Of a stretch of DNA of 53,519 nucleotides, positions 8,459 to 18,407 are shown in pieces (the stretch's first letter is position 1; every line of letters begins with the position of its first letter). Under the pieces are notes generated by a model. That model had not been told where the DNA came from, did not search any database, and worked only from the letters and a program-made list of their open reading frames with translations. The DNA is from Parvularculaceae bacterium (GTDB lineage Bacteria > Pseudomonadota > Alphaproteobacteria > Caulobacterales > Parvularculaceae): positions 1 through 53,519 of the forward strand of contig JBGTFV010000107.1 of the NCBI GenBank assembly GCA_041747095.1, in the 5' to 3' direction. The position numbers and the translations under genes are program-made.

Positions 8459-8951
8459 CCGTTAATGGACTGATTGAATCCTTCAGGACCATTCATCGCT
8501 GTAGATGGCGTTGCTATCCCGCCAGATGGCGACGGCGCATCGCAGAGTATCACGATTGAAACAAGGGTCGCCTCAACGTGAATTGGCCGAGGTTGCTTTA
8601 GGCCGTGGTTGCATTACGACGGGCGCCGGGCAATAATACCCCGTGACTGACTGCGTTACACGGGGCAGCGAGCTGGCAGTCACGGGGCTTTCTTCGGAAC
8701 CTCCCCCAGGCAGACGTTCCAAAGGTTTCGATTGCAGGAACCACGGTAACGCTGGGCAGCAAGAGCCGTAAGCCCTCAATCGATCCAAACCCGCGGCGAG
8801 AGAGACGCGGCGGGCAGGCTGGCTGACGCAACAGGCTACAGCCGACAATAAGATAAGCTGCGTCGCGGCGCGGCGCGAGGCTCGGAAACTACTCAAGAAT
8901 TAAGAACCGGGCTTTGGCGATTGAAAACAACGATTAATCGTATTTCGTCGC

Positions 8952-11900
8952 GTGGATGTGTTAAGTACAGACGTAAATCACAAATATTTGGGAGCATTCG
9001 AGACGCGAGTGAACACGATATCGACGGCAAGTCATGCGAATGGCCTTAATAAATCACCCGGCCGACAAACCCCGCCGGCGGGTGTCGTAAAGCGCCCGAA
9101 GAAAAAAAATCGCAAACTCATCGTCGTAGGGATTGCCGCTTCCGCTGGCGGCCTCAATGCTTGCCGCCAATTGATAGCCGATCTTCCGGTCGGCGCCGGC
9201 ATGGCGTTTATATTGGTGCAGCATCTCGACCCGACGCACGAAAGCATGATGGTCGACCTGCTTACACCGCACACGCAACTGAAGGTGCGGCAAGCGACGG
9301 ACGGGATGAATCTCGAGTCCGACTGCTTCTACGTAATCCCGCCCGGCGCCTATCTGTCGACCAAAGACGGCGCCTTGCGGCTCTCAAGTCCGAAACCGCA
9401 TCACGGGGCGAGGCTTCCTTTTGATTTTCTGCTGCGGTCGATGGCGGAGGACTGCGACACGCCGCCAATCTGCGTCATTCTCTCGGGAACGGGCGCTGAC
9501 GGCAGCCTGGGGCTTCGCGCGATCAAGGAAAAAGGCGGCTTGGTCATCGTGCAGGACCCAGACGAGGCGGCCTTTGATGGCATGCCTCGCAGCGCGATCA
9601 TGACGGGCAGCGTCGATCTCGTCCTTCCGATCGCCAAGATCGCGCGCGCTCTTACGCAGCGCGATCAGCAAAAAAGCGAAACGCCGGTCCAGCATGGTTC
9701 AACGCCCGTCGTCGTGGAATGGGAATTCCCCGACGAAATCATTGAAATGCTGCGCACGCGGACGGCGCACGATTTCTCGCTTTACAAAAAGGGAACTCTT
9801 CTGCGGCGCCTCGAACGCAGAATGAGAATGCTGTCGATGGGGGTCAGCGATATTGGAAAATATCTCGACCTATTGCGCCGCGACAACGGCGAACTGGAAC
9901 AGCTCGCCGCCGAAATGCTGATCAACGTGACGAGCTTTTTCCGTGACGCCAACGTCTTCGACTTCCTGTCCGAAAACATCGTTCCGGAAATGATCCGCGA
10001 GGCGTCCGCCGACCAACCGATCAGGATTTGGGTGGCGGGATGCAGTACCGGCGAAGAGGCCTATTCTCTCGCCATGCTGTTTCGCGAGCAGCTCGAAGCG
10101 AGCGGCCTCAACATCAAACTTCAGATTTTCGCCTCTGACGCAGACCCGGACGCTGTAGCGCGGGCCCGGGAAGGCATTTATCCAGAGTCGATATCCGCGG
10201 ATGTGGCCGCCCATCGCCTCAGCCGCTTCTTCAGCAAGGAAGATGGCGGATACCGGGTTTCGCCTGACCTGCGCTCGTCGGTCATCTTTACGGTGCAGGA
10301 TGTTCTGAGCGATCCGCCGTTCTCGCGCCTCGACATGGTTTGCTGCCGGAATTTGATGATCTATCTCGGGCCGGATGCGCAAGCGAAAGTAACCTCGTTA
10401 TTCGACTTCGCGCTGAGAAAGGGTGGCGTGCTTGTTCTTGGCACGTCCGAAACGCTGAATTCAGAGGAAGGGCGTTTTGAGACGCTGTCGAAATCCGGTC
10501 GCGTTTTCCGCAAAGTCGGACGCGGACGGCCGGCGAGGTTCGGTTATTCGACCTACCAGATCGAAAGCGACAGAAAAGAGCCGCCGAATGGCCTTGCCGC
10601 TGCTGCAAATCGCGATAGCGCCTACGCGGATCTGTGCGCCGGAATCATCAGCGAGAGTTACGCGCCCGCCGCGGTTCTGGTCGACCGGAAATTCAAATGC
10701 CTCTATTTCATCGGCCCCATTGGTCGCTATCTAAAGGTCGGAGCGGGCCAGCCTACGACCGATCTGCTGGCGATGACGCAGTCAGATTTGCGCGCCAGAT
10801 TGCGTGCAATCGTTCACAAGGCAACCGAGGAGGGCGCGCGCGCGTCCTCTCCCGGCATGAAAGCGGGTAGCGGGGATAATGCCAGCGCCTTCCGGCTTGA
10901 GGCCCATCCGGTCACGCATGGCGACCTCGATTTGATTTTGATCTGCTTCATTGAGGAGCCGGCGACGACTGCCGCGCGCAGTGGTCAGCCGGATCCAAAA
11001 GACAGCGCCCGCGTCGCCGATCTCGAGATGGAGCTGGAGGCGACGCGCACCGAGCTTCTTGGCGCGATCAGAAATCTCGAAATTTCCGGCGAGGAACAGC
11101 GCGCGATCCATGAGGAAGCGCTTTCGGTCAACGAGGAATTCCAGTCGACCAACGAAGAATTGCTGACCTCGAAGGAGGAACTTCAGTCCCTCAATGAGGA
11201 ACTGACAGCATTGAACACGCAATTGCACGAAGCGCTCGATCTGCAACGCACAACCTCGAACGATCTCGCGAATGTGCTGAACAGCACCGATGTCGCGACA
11301 TTATTTCTCGACACCGATCTCAATATCCGGTTTTTTACCCCCGCGACCCGGCTGATGTTCAAAGTTATCCCCGGCGACATCGGCCGGCCGCTTGCGGACC
11401 TCAGCGCGCTTGCCCCTGACCTGCACCTCCTTTCCGACGCGCGGGCAGTGCTGCAACAGCATGACGCGATCGAGCGCGAAATCCGGTCGGAATCGGACAG
11501 CTTTTACATTCGGCGCATGTTGCCGTACCGAACGCGCGAATCCGCCAAAGATCGCGTCGCCGGCGTCGTCATTACTTACACGGATATTACCGAGCGGAAG
11601 CAAATCACCGACCTTCTCGCGGTCGCCAAGTGCGAGGCGGACCTCGCGAGCACAGCGAAGTCGCGGTTTCTGGCGGCCGCAAGCCATGATCTGCGCCAGC
11701 CCCTGCAGACCCTATCGTTGCTCCTTGGGCTGATTGAGAGCGAGGTGACCGAGGCGTCGACGATCGCGCTTCTCCGGCGATTTGAAAAATCACTTTCGAG
11801 CATGTCGAACATGCTCAATACCCTGCTCGACCTCAACCATATCGAGGCGGGCGTCGTTCAGCCGGAGATCGAGGAAATCGATGTCGGCGAACTGCTTCTT

Positions 11901-13394
11901 CGGATGAAGGATGATTTCGACGTGCAGGCAGAAGCGCTCGGCCTGACTTTGCGCGTCGTGCCTTGTAGCCTTTATATACACAGCGATCGGCACTTGCTCG
12001 AGCAGATGCTGCGCAACATAATTTCCAACGCCCTTAAATACACAGAAGAGGGCGGCGTGTTGCTCGGTTGTCGACGTCGGCGAGGAAAGCTGCAGATTAA
12101 AGTGTGCGATACCGGGGTCGGCATACCATTGGACGATATCGGCCCGATATTCGACGAGCATATTCAACTTGAAAATCGAATTGGTGGCCGGGGCGCCGGT
12201 CTCGGACTCGGATTGGCGATTGTCCGGCGCGTCGGCCAGCTTCTAAATCACGAGGTTTCGGTAAGGTCCGTACCCGGCAGAGGGTCGATCTTTTCGATTG
12301 AGACGGAAATCGCGAAAGCGCCTTCGACTCGTGCGGAGTCATTGTCGCTCCCAACAATCGACGAGCCTTCAGAGGCGCCGAGGACCGGCGCTATACTGAT
12401 CATTGAAGACGATCCCGAGGTGAGCGAACTCCTCAATCTGACGCTGACGAATGAAGGATATATCGTTCTAGCCGCGCCCCACGGCGAAGCGGCGCTTTCA
12501 CGCGTGAAGGCGGCGACCATCAAGCCAGACGTTATCGTTGCCGACTTTAATCTTGGAAGAGGGGATAGCGGACTGAAGGCAGCGATTGATCTTCAGAAAC
12601 AGCTGCAAGCCGAAATTCCGATTATCGTCCTGACAGGCGACATAACGCCAAGGACCCTGCGCGAGATCGCGAGTGAAAACTGCATTCACCTCAGCAAGCC
12701 CGTAAACCCGGCGAGGCTGGCCAAAGTCATTGCGCAACTTCTTCCGCCAACAGCGGAAACCGGCGAGTCGCCAGAAGATGAAGTCAGCGTCGGCCCAGCC
12801 CGCGCCGTCTATATCGTCGATGATGAAGTAGAAATGCTGGAGACCCTCAGTCAGGTTCTCGCCGTTTCAGGCTACGATGTTTTGTCATTCACGTCCTGCG
12901 AGGAATTTCTCGCCGATTACGATCCTGAGAAGAAGGCGTGCCTTCTGGTTGACGCCTATCTTCCAGGGATGAGCGGCCTCGATTTGCTTCAAAAACTGAA
13001 AGAGCGGGGCGATCAGGTGCCGGTGATCGTCATTACAGGGCGGAGCGATGTCGCAATCGCCATTGACGCAATAAAAGCCGGCGCTTCGGATTTTCTCGAA
13101 AAGCCGGTCAGTCGAAAATCGCTCGTCAAGAGCATCGAGAAGGCGTTCGCGGAGTCGAAAGATGCAAATGCGGTGTTCGCGCGTAAGTCGGCAGCAAGAC
13201 GTCAACTGGCCGGGTTGACGCCAAGACAACTTGAAATCATGAATCGCGTGCTGGCGGGCGAGCCTAGCAAGAATATCGCCGCCGATCTCGGGATCAGTCA
13301 GCGGACGGTTGAAAACCATCGGGCGGCGATCATGAAGAAGACACGATCGAAGTCGCTCCCCTCGCTTGCGCGTCTGGCGATTGAAGCGAGCTGA
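8952..13394 (+). CDS. CheB-CheR-coiled coil-PAS-histidine kinase-REC-REC-LuxR fusion (soluble hybrid kinase/regulator)
   Basis: CheB AASAGG/QHL/GADG; CheR GCSTGEEAYS and CRNLMIY; PAS; H-box SHDLRQP; NALKY, DTGVG, GLGLG; two receiver domains; LuxR HTH LTPRQ...LGISQRTVENHR. Exact start uncertain. Confidence 0.92.
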   Translation: MDVLSTDVNHKYLGAFETRVNTISTASHANGLNKSPGRQTPPAGVVKRPKKKNRKLIVVGIAASAGGLNACRQLIADLPVGAGMAFILVQHLDPTHESMMVDLLTPHTQLKVRQATDGMNLESDCFYVIPPGAYLSTKDGALRLSSPKPHHGARLPFDFLLRSMAEDCDTPPICVILSGTGADGSLGLRAIKEKGGLVIVQDPDEAAFDGMPRSAIMTGSVDLVLPIAKIARALTQRDQQKSETPVQHGSTPVVVEWEFPDEIIEMLRTRTAHDFSLYKKGTLLRRLERRMRMLSMGVSDIGKYLDLLRRDNGELEQLAAEMLINVTSFFRDANVFDFLSENIVPEMIREASADQPIRIWVAGCSTGEEAYSLAMLFREQLEASGLNIKLQIFASDADPDAVARAREGIYPESISADVAAHRLSRFFSKEDGGYRVSPDLRSSVIFTVQDVLSDPPFSRLDMVCCRNLMIYLGPDAQAKVTSLFDFALRKGGVLVLGTSETLNSEEGRFETLSKSGRVFRKVGRGRPARFGYSTYQIESDRKEPPNGLAAAANRDSAYADLCAGIISESYAPAAVLVDRKFKCLYFIGPIGRYLKVGAGQPTTDLLAMTQSDLRARLRAIVHKATEEGARASSPGMKAGSGDNASAFRLEAHPVTHGDLDLILICFIEEPATTAARSGQPDPKDSARVADLEMELEATRTELLGAIRNLEISGEEQRAIHEEALSVNEEFQSTNEELLTSKEELQSLNEELTALNTQLHEALDLQRTTSNDLANVLNSTDVATLFLDTDLNIRFFTPATRLMFKVIPGDIGRPLADLSALAPDLHLLSDARAVLQQHDAIEREIRSESDSFYIRRMLPYRTRESAKDRVAGVVITYTDITERKQITDLLAVAKCEADLASTAKSRFLAAASHDLRQPLQTLSLLLGLIESEVTEASTIALLRRFEKSLSSMSNMLNTLLDLNHIEAGVVQPEIEEIDVGELLLRMKDDFDVQAEALGLTLRVVPCSLYIHSDRHLLEQMLRNIISNALKYTEEGGVLLGCRRRRGKLQIKVCDTGVGIPLDDIGPIFDEHIQLENRIGGRGAGLGLGLAIVRRVGQLLNHEVSVRSVPGRGSIFSIETEIAKAPSTRAESLSLPTIDEPSEAPRTGAILIIEDDPEVSELLNLTLTNEGYIVLAAPHGEAALSRVKAATIKPDVIVADFNLGRGDSGLKAAIDLQKQLQAEIPIIVLTGDITPRTLREIASENCIHLSKPVNPARLAKVIAQLLPPTAETGESPEDEVSVGPARAVYIVDDEVEMLETLSQVLAVSGYDVLSFTSCEEFLADYDPEKKACLLVDAYLPGMSGLDLLQKLKERGDQVPVIVITGRSDVAIAIDAIKAGASDFLEKPVSRKSLVKSIEKAFAESKDANAVFARKSAARRQLAGLTPRQLEIMNRVLAGEPSKNIAADLGISQRTVENHRAAIMKKTRSKSLPSLARLAIEAS

Positions 13395-13719
13395 GTTTCG
13401 TGGGGTGTGTGGCGTCTTTGCGCCTCGGTTGTGATGTCTCGCCGCCTCAACCGCCGCGGCGTTTTCACTGCGTCTCATTGCGCAAACCTGGACTTCGCCA
13501 TTCCACCACGTAGGTAACTTGCCCCACGCCCGGCGGGCGATGCCGCAGCATCGGGGGTTGGGCGTGATTTATCGCTGCTGCGGTATCGCGGGATCGGCTC
13601 GCCGCGAAAAGCGCAACGCGTACGTTAAGTACATTCCGACGCTTCAGATCGCGCGCCATGAACCCCTTATTGAAGGGCGAGTCGCCGAGATTGAGGGCTA
13701 TTTTGAAGTCCGGGCGCGC

Positions 13720-14151
13720 ATGTTTCCCTCGAGCACAGGTCAGTCAGTGTCGGTACTATTATCTCTAATCGCTATGGCGACGATGTTGCTTGCTTCCAGC
13801 GCGGCTGAAGCGAGCGATCGCTGGGCTGGTGCGTCAGAGGCTGGCCGGTCGATCCTCACGATTTCGGGCGACCGTCTCGCAAACCACCTAAAAGGGCTGA
13901 ATTTAGAGCAAAACATAGCGCAAAGCATTGTGAACGACGACGCCAGCGAATCGCAGGGTATGGCGACGTTAACTGACCCAGGGGACCGACAGTTGAAATT
14001 GGCAGTCTTAAAAGATCCAGCAATTGACGAAACGCCGGTTTTCCCGGCCCCTGCGACAACCGCCTTGTTGCTTTCAGCGCTTGCCGGCCTCGCTTTCGCC
14101 GCCGGCAATCGGAAGAAGAAATACGTACGCGTAACAGCGGCCAACCGATAA
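13720..14151 (+). CDS. Small secreted protein with PEP-CTERM/VPLPA-CTERM-like sorting signal
   Basis: Signal peptide ending AAEA. C-terminal FPAPATTALLLSALAGLAFAAGNRKKK (Pro motif, TM helix, basic cluster). Start uncertain. Confidence 0.6.
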   Translation: MFPSSTGQSVSVLLSLIAMATMLLASSAAEASDRWAGASEAGRSILTISGDRLANHLKGLNLEQNIAQSIVNDDASESQGMATLTDPGDRQLKLAVLKDPAIDETPVFPAPATTALLLSALAGLAFAAGNRKKKYVRVTAANR

Positions 14152-14173
14152 ATTCTACTCGATCGCCCGACGG

Positions 14174-14638
14174 CTAAAACCCAAGTTCGGAAAGCCCCGG
14201 ATGATCGTCTGGCCTCCGGCCCAGCGGCCAGTGATATTTGCGATCGCTTTCCCGAATGGCGTGTTCATTGATGCTGGCAATGCGCCGTTGCATCAGGCCG
14301 TCGGCGCCGAATTCCCAGTTTTCATTCCCGTAGGCGCGGAACCAATTCCCGCTGTCGTCGCGAAATTCGTAGGCGAATCTGACGGCGATACGATTATTAC
14401 GCCACGCCCAAATCTCCTTGATCAGGCGATAATCGAGTTCCCGAATCCATTTGCGACGGAGGAAAGCGACAATTTCGTCGCGACCCTGAAGAAACTCTGC
14501 GCGATTTCGCCAAATGCTGTCAGGCGTGTAAGCAAGCGATACCTTCTCCGGATCCCGGGAGTTCCAACCGTCCTCAGCGAGCCGGACCTTCTGAATTGCT
14601 GATTCCTCGGTAAACGGTGGAAGGGGTGGCCGGGTCAT
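14174..14638 (-). CDS. DUF1348 NTF2/SnoaL-like protein
   Basis: RPPLPPFT...[14 protein letters not shown]...[10 protein letters not shown]...[10 protein letters not shown] signature. ATG follows AGGAG. Confidence 0.92.
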   Translation of the reverse strand: MTRPPLPPFTEESAIQKVRLAEDGWNSRDPEKVSLAYTPDSIWRNRAEFLQGRDEIVAFLRRKWIRELDYRLIKEIWAWRNNRIAVRFAYEFRDDSGNWFRAYGNENWEFGADGLMQRRIASINEHAIRESDRKYHWPLGRRPDDHPGLSELGF

Positions 14639-14832
14639 ATCGGGGCTCCTGAATAGATCGGCATAGCCGGAGAACGTTGCTGTCGATGTCGCTAAAGCGG
14701 CGCCGGTCGCAACCAGCACCTGTCGGCGTGACTTGAATGGATTAAACTTCAAGGCAGCCTCCGCAATCTTGCTGTCCGCTCCCACGCAGTTGCGCGGGAG
14801 CGGCTCGCTTCATCTGATCTGGCCGGAATGTC

Positions 14833-15381
14833 TCAAGCGGCTTCGACGCGTACAACCGGGAAATCGATCTCGGTGCCGAACACTTCGTTCATGTAATTTG
14901 TCAGCGTATTGAGCGCGACATGACCAACGATCTCGACGATTTCGGCGTCCGAATAGCCCGCCGCTTTCACTGCCGACACATCCGCATCTGAAACCCGGCC
15001 GCGGTTTCGCGCGATCTTCACCGCGAATTCGACTGCGGCGCTGGCTTTCGCGTCGTTGGAACGCCCCTTGCGGTTGGCGGCGATTTCCACGTCGTCAAGT
15101 TTGGCAAGGTTCTTTCCGAGATAGGTATGGGCAGACATGCAGTACGAGCAGCCGTTGATTTCTGCGATGGCAAGGGCGATGCGTTCGCGCGTGGCTGCAG
15201 CAAGCTTGCCTTTCGCAAGGGCGCCGTTGAGGCCAAGATACCCTTCGAGAGTTTCCGGGCTGTTGCCGATCAGGCGGAACATGTTCGGCGCGGAGCCGAG
15301 TTGCTTCGTGACGGCATCGAGCAGACCCTGCGAGGCGGCGGGCGCGTCACTGATCGTTTTTGGTGTAGGTATTCTCGACAT
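14833..15381 (-). CDS. AhpD/carboxymuconolactone decarboxylase family peroxidase-like protein
   Basis: ERIALAIAEINGCSYCMSAH (E-x-CxxC-x-H). ATG follows AAGGAG. Confidence 0.92.
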   Translation of the reverse strand: MSRIPTPKTISDAPAASQGLLDAVTKQLGSAPNMFRLIGNSPETLEGYLGLNGALAKGKLAAATRERIALAIAEINGCSYCMSAHTYLGKNLAKLDDVEIAANRKGRSNDAKASAAVEFAVKIARNRGRVSDADVSAVKAAGYSDAEIVEIVGHVALNTLTNYMNEVFGTEIDFPVVRVEAA

Positions 15382-15480
15382 TTCATTCTCCTTTTCTTGT
15401 TGAGTGAGGGTGGCAAGCACGTTTTGGCAGACGGAAAAGAGTTATTGGCGAGGTATCGCGTATTCCAGAGGCACGAAGGG

Positions 15481-16302
15481 TCAGATCAATGAGTCGTGAA
15501 CGGAGTTGTGCGGCTGGCGTTTCGAAATCTGATTTGCGTCGTGTCCTTCACGAATCGACAAAGCCGTCGGCGCCTCAAGGCGGAATGCAGCCCCTTCCGG
15601 TCCGGAGCGCAGCAGGATCAAACGACCGCCAATCGATTTTGCTAGAGCAATGCTTGACGGAAGCCCGAGCCCCAAAACGCGCGGATGCGACGAGGACCGA
15701 TTAAAACGTGGAAACAAAGCCTCAAGTACGAATTCTGGCAGCCCGGGCCCGGTATCGACGACGTCGATCCTGATTTTGTCGCGGATGATCGCAGCTTCAA
15801 TTTTCAAATTCCGGTCCTTGACGCTTGCCATGGCATGCAAGGCGTTCCGTACAAGGTTTAAAAGGATACGGTGGACCGAGATCGCATGATGAGCGCTGAT
15901 CTCGCCATCTGACGCAAGGCTTTTCACCTTGGTGCCCTGTAGCTCCACAAGTGGCGCGGCGACAGCAAGAACATCGTGAATCAGATCGTCTATCCGGACG
16001 GCGCGGTCATCCACAAAATCTGGCGGCGGCTGGCGGATCAGGTCGCTGCAATAGGCAACGCTCCTGTCGATGGTCCGCTGCATAACGGTGCGCGTTTTGT
16101 CGAAAGAGGTCGGGCGATTGTTGCCTTCGGCATCAATTTGTATCTGCAGCAATGCGAGTAGGCCGCGGATGTCGTGAGCGAGGTGCTTTACCGCGTCGGT
16201 GTTCGAGTAGGATGCACGCGAACGGTATCGCGACGGAGCATCCCATCTATCGTCGTTATCGGATTGGTCAATCACACCTTTTAATACCGTGTCATCGTAC
16301 AT
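15481..16302 (-). CDS. Sensorless soluble histidine kinase (HisKA + HATPase)
   Basis: H-box LAHDIR, N-box NLVRNALHA, DTGPG, GLGL. ATG follows AAGGAGG. Confidence 0.8.
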   Translation of the reverse strand: MYDDTVLKGVIDQSDNDDRWDAPSRYRSRASYSNTDAVKHLAHDIRGLLALLQIQIDAEGNNRPTSFDKTRTVMQRTIDRSVAYCSDLIRQPPPDFVDDRAVRIDDLIHDVLAVAAPLVELQGTKVKSLASDGEISAHHAISVHRILLNLVRNALHAMASVKDRNLKIEAAIIRDKIRIDVVDTGPGLPEFVLEALFPRFNRSSSHPRVLGLGLPSSIALAKSIGGRLILLRSGPEGAAFRLEAPTALSIREGHDANQISKRQPHNSVHDSLI

Positions 16303-16382
16303 TTCCACCTCCTTAAACGAATGCCCCAAGGGTAGAGGACGCCGCGCGTTTCAATCTTTCGTGATGTTTCGAAGGCGTTAAA

Positions 16383-17282
16383 TTAGTTGTGGTTGAGCGC
16401 CGCTGCGGCAATTCTGGGATGCTTGGCAGAGTGGTTGTCGTTATAAATACTGGTCGGGGCGTCAGTTTTTCTGATTGCTTCCGCCTTCGGCGAATAGCCA
16501 ATTTCGTCCGCTGTCCCGAATGCGAAGCTCGTCATGCCGATCGATCCGTACGTGTAGCTGCTATGAATCATCCGAGCCTGACCGCCGGCCCAGCCTGCGC
16601 CGAGAGCGACGAACAATGGGGCGAGATGTTCTGGCGTGGGATGAGCGATAGACGCTGCCTCAGTGACAGTTCGATAATTCGTTAGGGTACGAATGTCCCG
16701 CCGCGAGATCGCGTCTTGCAGCCATTCGTCAAAAGTGAGCGCCCAATCCGGCGGCGGAGATCCTTCCGGAGCCAGACGGCGCAGATTGTGGGTTGTCGAT
16801 CCCGATCCGATAACAAGCACACCTTCTGCTCGTAGCGGCGCAAGCAATAGTCCTATATCGAAATGCTGCCGCGCGCTGGCGCCATTGACTAATGACAACT
16901 GAATCACGGGAACATCCGCTAGCGGATAGGCAAGCATCAACGGAATCCAGGCGCCGTGATCATAGGGGCGATCATGGTCGTGTTTCACCGCCAACCCTTT
17001 TTCCTCGAAAAGCTCGGTGATTCGGTCGATGGCGGCGGCGTCCGTATGGGCAGGGTAGTTCAGGTCATAGAGCGGCGCTGGCCAGCCTGAGAAATCGTGC
17101 CATGTTTTCGGCGCTGTCGCTGTGGTGAGGGAAAGTTGCGGCGCTTCCCAATGTGCTGAGATAACCACTATGGCTCGCGGCCTGGGAAAATTTTCCGATA
17201 GCGCCTCAAGGAATTTGCGTGACGGCTCATTTGTCAAGATAAGATCAGGCGCGCCATGGGGGATGAAAAGTGCGGGTAGCAT
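16383..17282 (-). CDS. Class III extradiol ring-cleavage dioxygenase (LigB/DODA/YgiD type)
   Basis: FIPHGAP, ISAHW, DHGAW, GSGSTTHNL, AHPTPEHLAPL. Confidence 0.93.
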   Translation of the reverse strand: MLPALFIPHGAPDLILTNEPSRKFLEALSENFPRPRAIVVISAHWEAPQLSLTTATAPKTWHDFSGWPAPLYDLNYPAHTDAAAIDRITELFEEKGLAVKHDHDRPYDHGAWIPLMLAYPLADVPVIQLSLVNGASARQHFDIGLLLAPLRAEGVLVIGSGSTTHNLRRLAPEGSPPPDWALTFDEWLQDAISRRDIRTLTNYRTVTEAASIAHPTPEHLAPLFVALGAGWAGGQARMIHSSYTYGSIGMTSFAFGTADEIGYSPKAEAIRKTDAPTSIYNDNHSAKHPRIAAAALNHN

Positions 17283-17407
17283 AACGTTTTCCTCAAGGTT
17301 TCCGGCGATCAAAACGCTGAACGTCAAGATACGGATGAAGCTGTCATAAACTGATCGATTAGGTCTCCAAGGGCGCGCGTAGATTGCCGCGCGCCCCGAA
17401 GACAGGC

Positions 17408-17788
17408 TCAAGCGCCGTAGTGAAAGACCTCGCGAATGATCTTTCCGTTCTTCCAGGTGCGCACGGCGACCTGACGGTAGTTGCGCACGCCCCAATCCCG
17501 GTGGGTAAAGTCAAAGCGCCAATGAGAAAACGTGACGCCGTCTCCGCTGCCGGTTGCAAGCACCTCGGCGCCCCGGAATTCAGTGATGGCTTCGAAAAAC
17601 GCTTTTTCGCGGAGTCGATTGGCGGCCTTGCCAACCGTCGGTTCGTTGTCATTTTCCTGCATCACGACTTCTTCAGCGTAGTACGTCTCGAACGCGTCTA
17701 GCCCTTTGCCAGATAGAATGGCGGCGTTCAGCTCCGCATCGAGTTTCTCAATGCTGTCGCGCGACGTGTTTTTGGAGAACTTCAGCAT
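17408..17788 (-). CDS. NTF2/SnoaL-like protein
   Basis: AFETYYAEEVVMQEN...QVAVRTWKNGKIIREVFHY. Confidence 0.85.
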   Translation of the reverse strand: MLKFSKNTSRDSIEKLDAELNAAILSGKGLDAFETYYAEEVVMQENDNEPTVGKAANRLREKAFFEAITEFRGAEVLATGSGDGVTFSHWRFDFTHRDWGVRNYRQVAVRTWKNGKIIREVFHYGA

Positions 17789-17823
17789 AGTGATTATCCT
17801 TCGTTGGGGGGTTGTTGTTGCAG

Positions 17824-18258
17824 TTAGCCAGCCAGAGCAGGTCTTGTTGCGGCAGGTGCGAACGCTTTGATCGGGAGCGCAAATGCTCCGTTCCCGAGTA
17901 GCGCCTGGACAATCAAGGCGACGGCCCAGAAAGCCGGAAATTCCCAGCCTCCGTTCTGATTGGTGAAAAGCCATCCGTTCGCGCCGTGCACGAACGCGAT
18001 CGATCCGATCAGGATCGGCAAAAGCGCCAACGCAACCTTGCGTGTTTCGATGCCTAGGATGAGCGCCAGTCCGCCGAGCGCTTCGATCGCAATCGTCGCC
18101 GTTGCAAGGCCCTCGGGAAGTCCAAGCGACGTAAAGAACTGCTCGGTCCCGGCCGGCGTGAAAACGAACGCCTTGAGCCCGGCATGTGCGAGAAAAAGAC
18201 CGCCGAGAGAGGATCGAAGAGCGAAGGCGGCGTAAGGGGCAGTAACGGTGTCAATCAT
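17824..18258 (-). CDS. DoxX family membrane protein
   Basis: LRSSLGGLFLAHAGLK...EALGG...NGWLF...GGWEFP...GNGAFAL. Confidence 0.92.
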   Translation of the reverse strand: MIDTVTAPYAAFALRSSLGGLFLAHAGLKAFVFTPAGTEQFFTSLGLPEGLATATIAIEALGGLALILGIETRKVALALLPILIGSIAFVHGANGWLFTNQNGGWEFPAFWAVALIVQALLGNGAFALPIKAFAPAATRPALAG

Positions 18259-18376
18259 GACTGTTTCCTTCGAAAATGACGCGCCAAGAGAGCGCTGTTG
18301 TTGCCGGGGCAACCTTTCTGGCTGCGGCGACACATGAAACTTGACACCCAACATAAAAAGGAAAAAGGATCGCATT

Positions 18377-18403
18377 ATGGATACACTATCCATATAATGG
18401 ATA
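18377..18403. promoter_or_regulatory. LysR-type operator (T-N11-A dyad) in the divergent doxX/lysR promoter
   Basis: ATGGATA-cac-TATCCAT-ata-ATGGATA, with T18389-N11-A18401 dyad. TATAAT 9 nt before the lysR ATG suggests a leaderless transcript. Confidence 0.65.
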
Positions 18404-18407
18404 TAAT

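Noticed and set aside
8696-8720. Another EcfG promoter (GGAAC...CGTT)
   Set aside because: Spacer is 14 nt rather than 16-17 on either strand.
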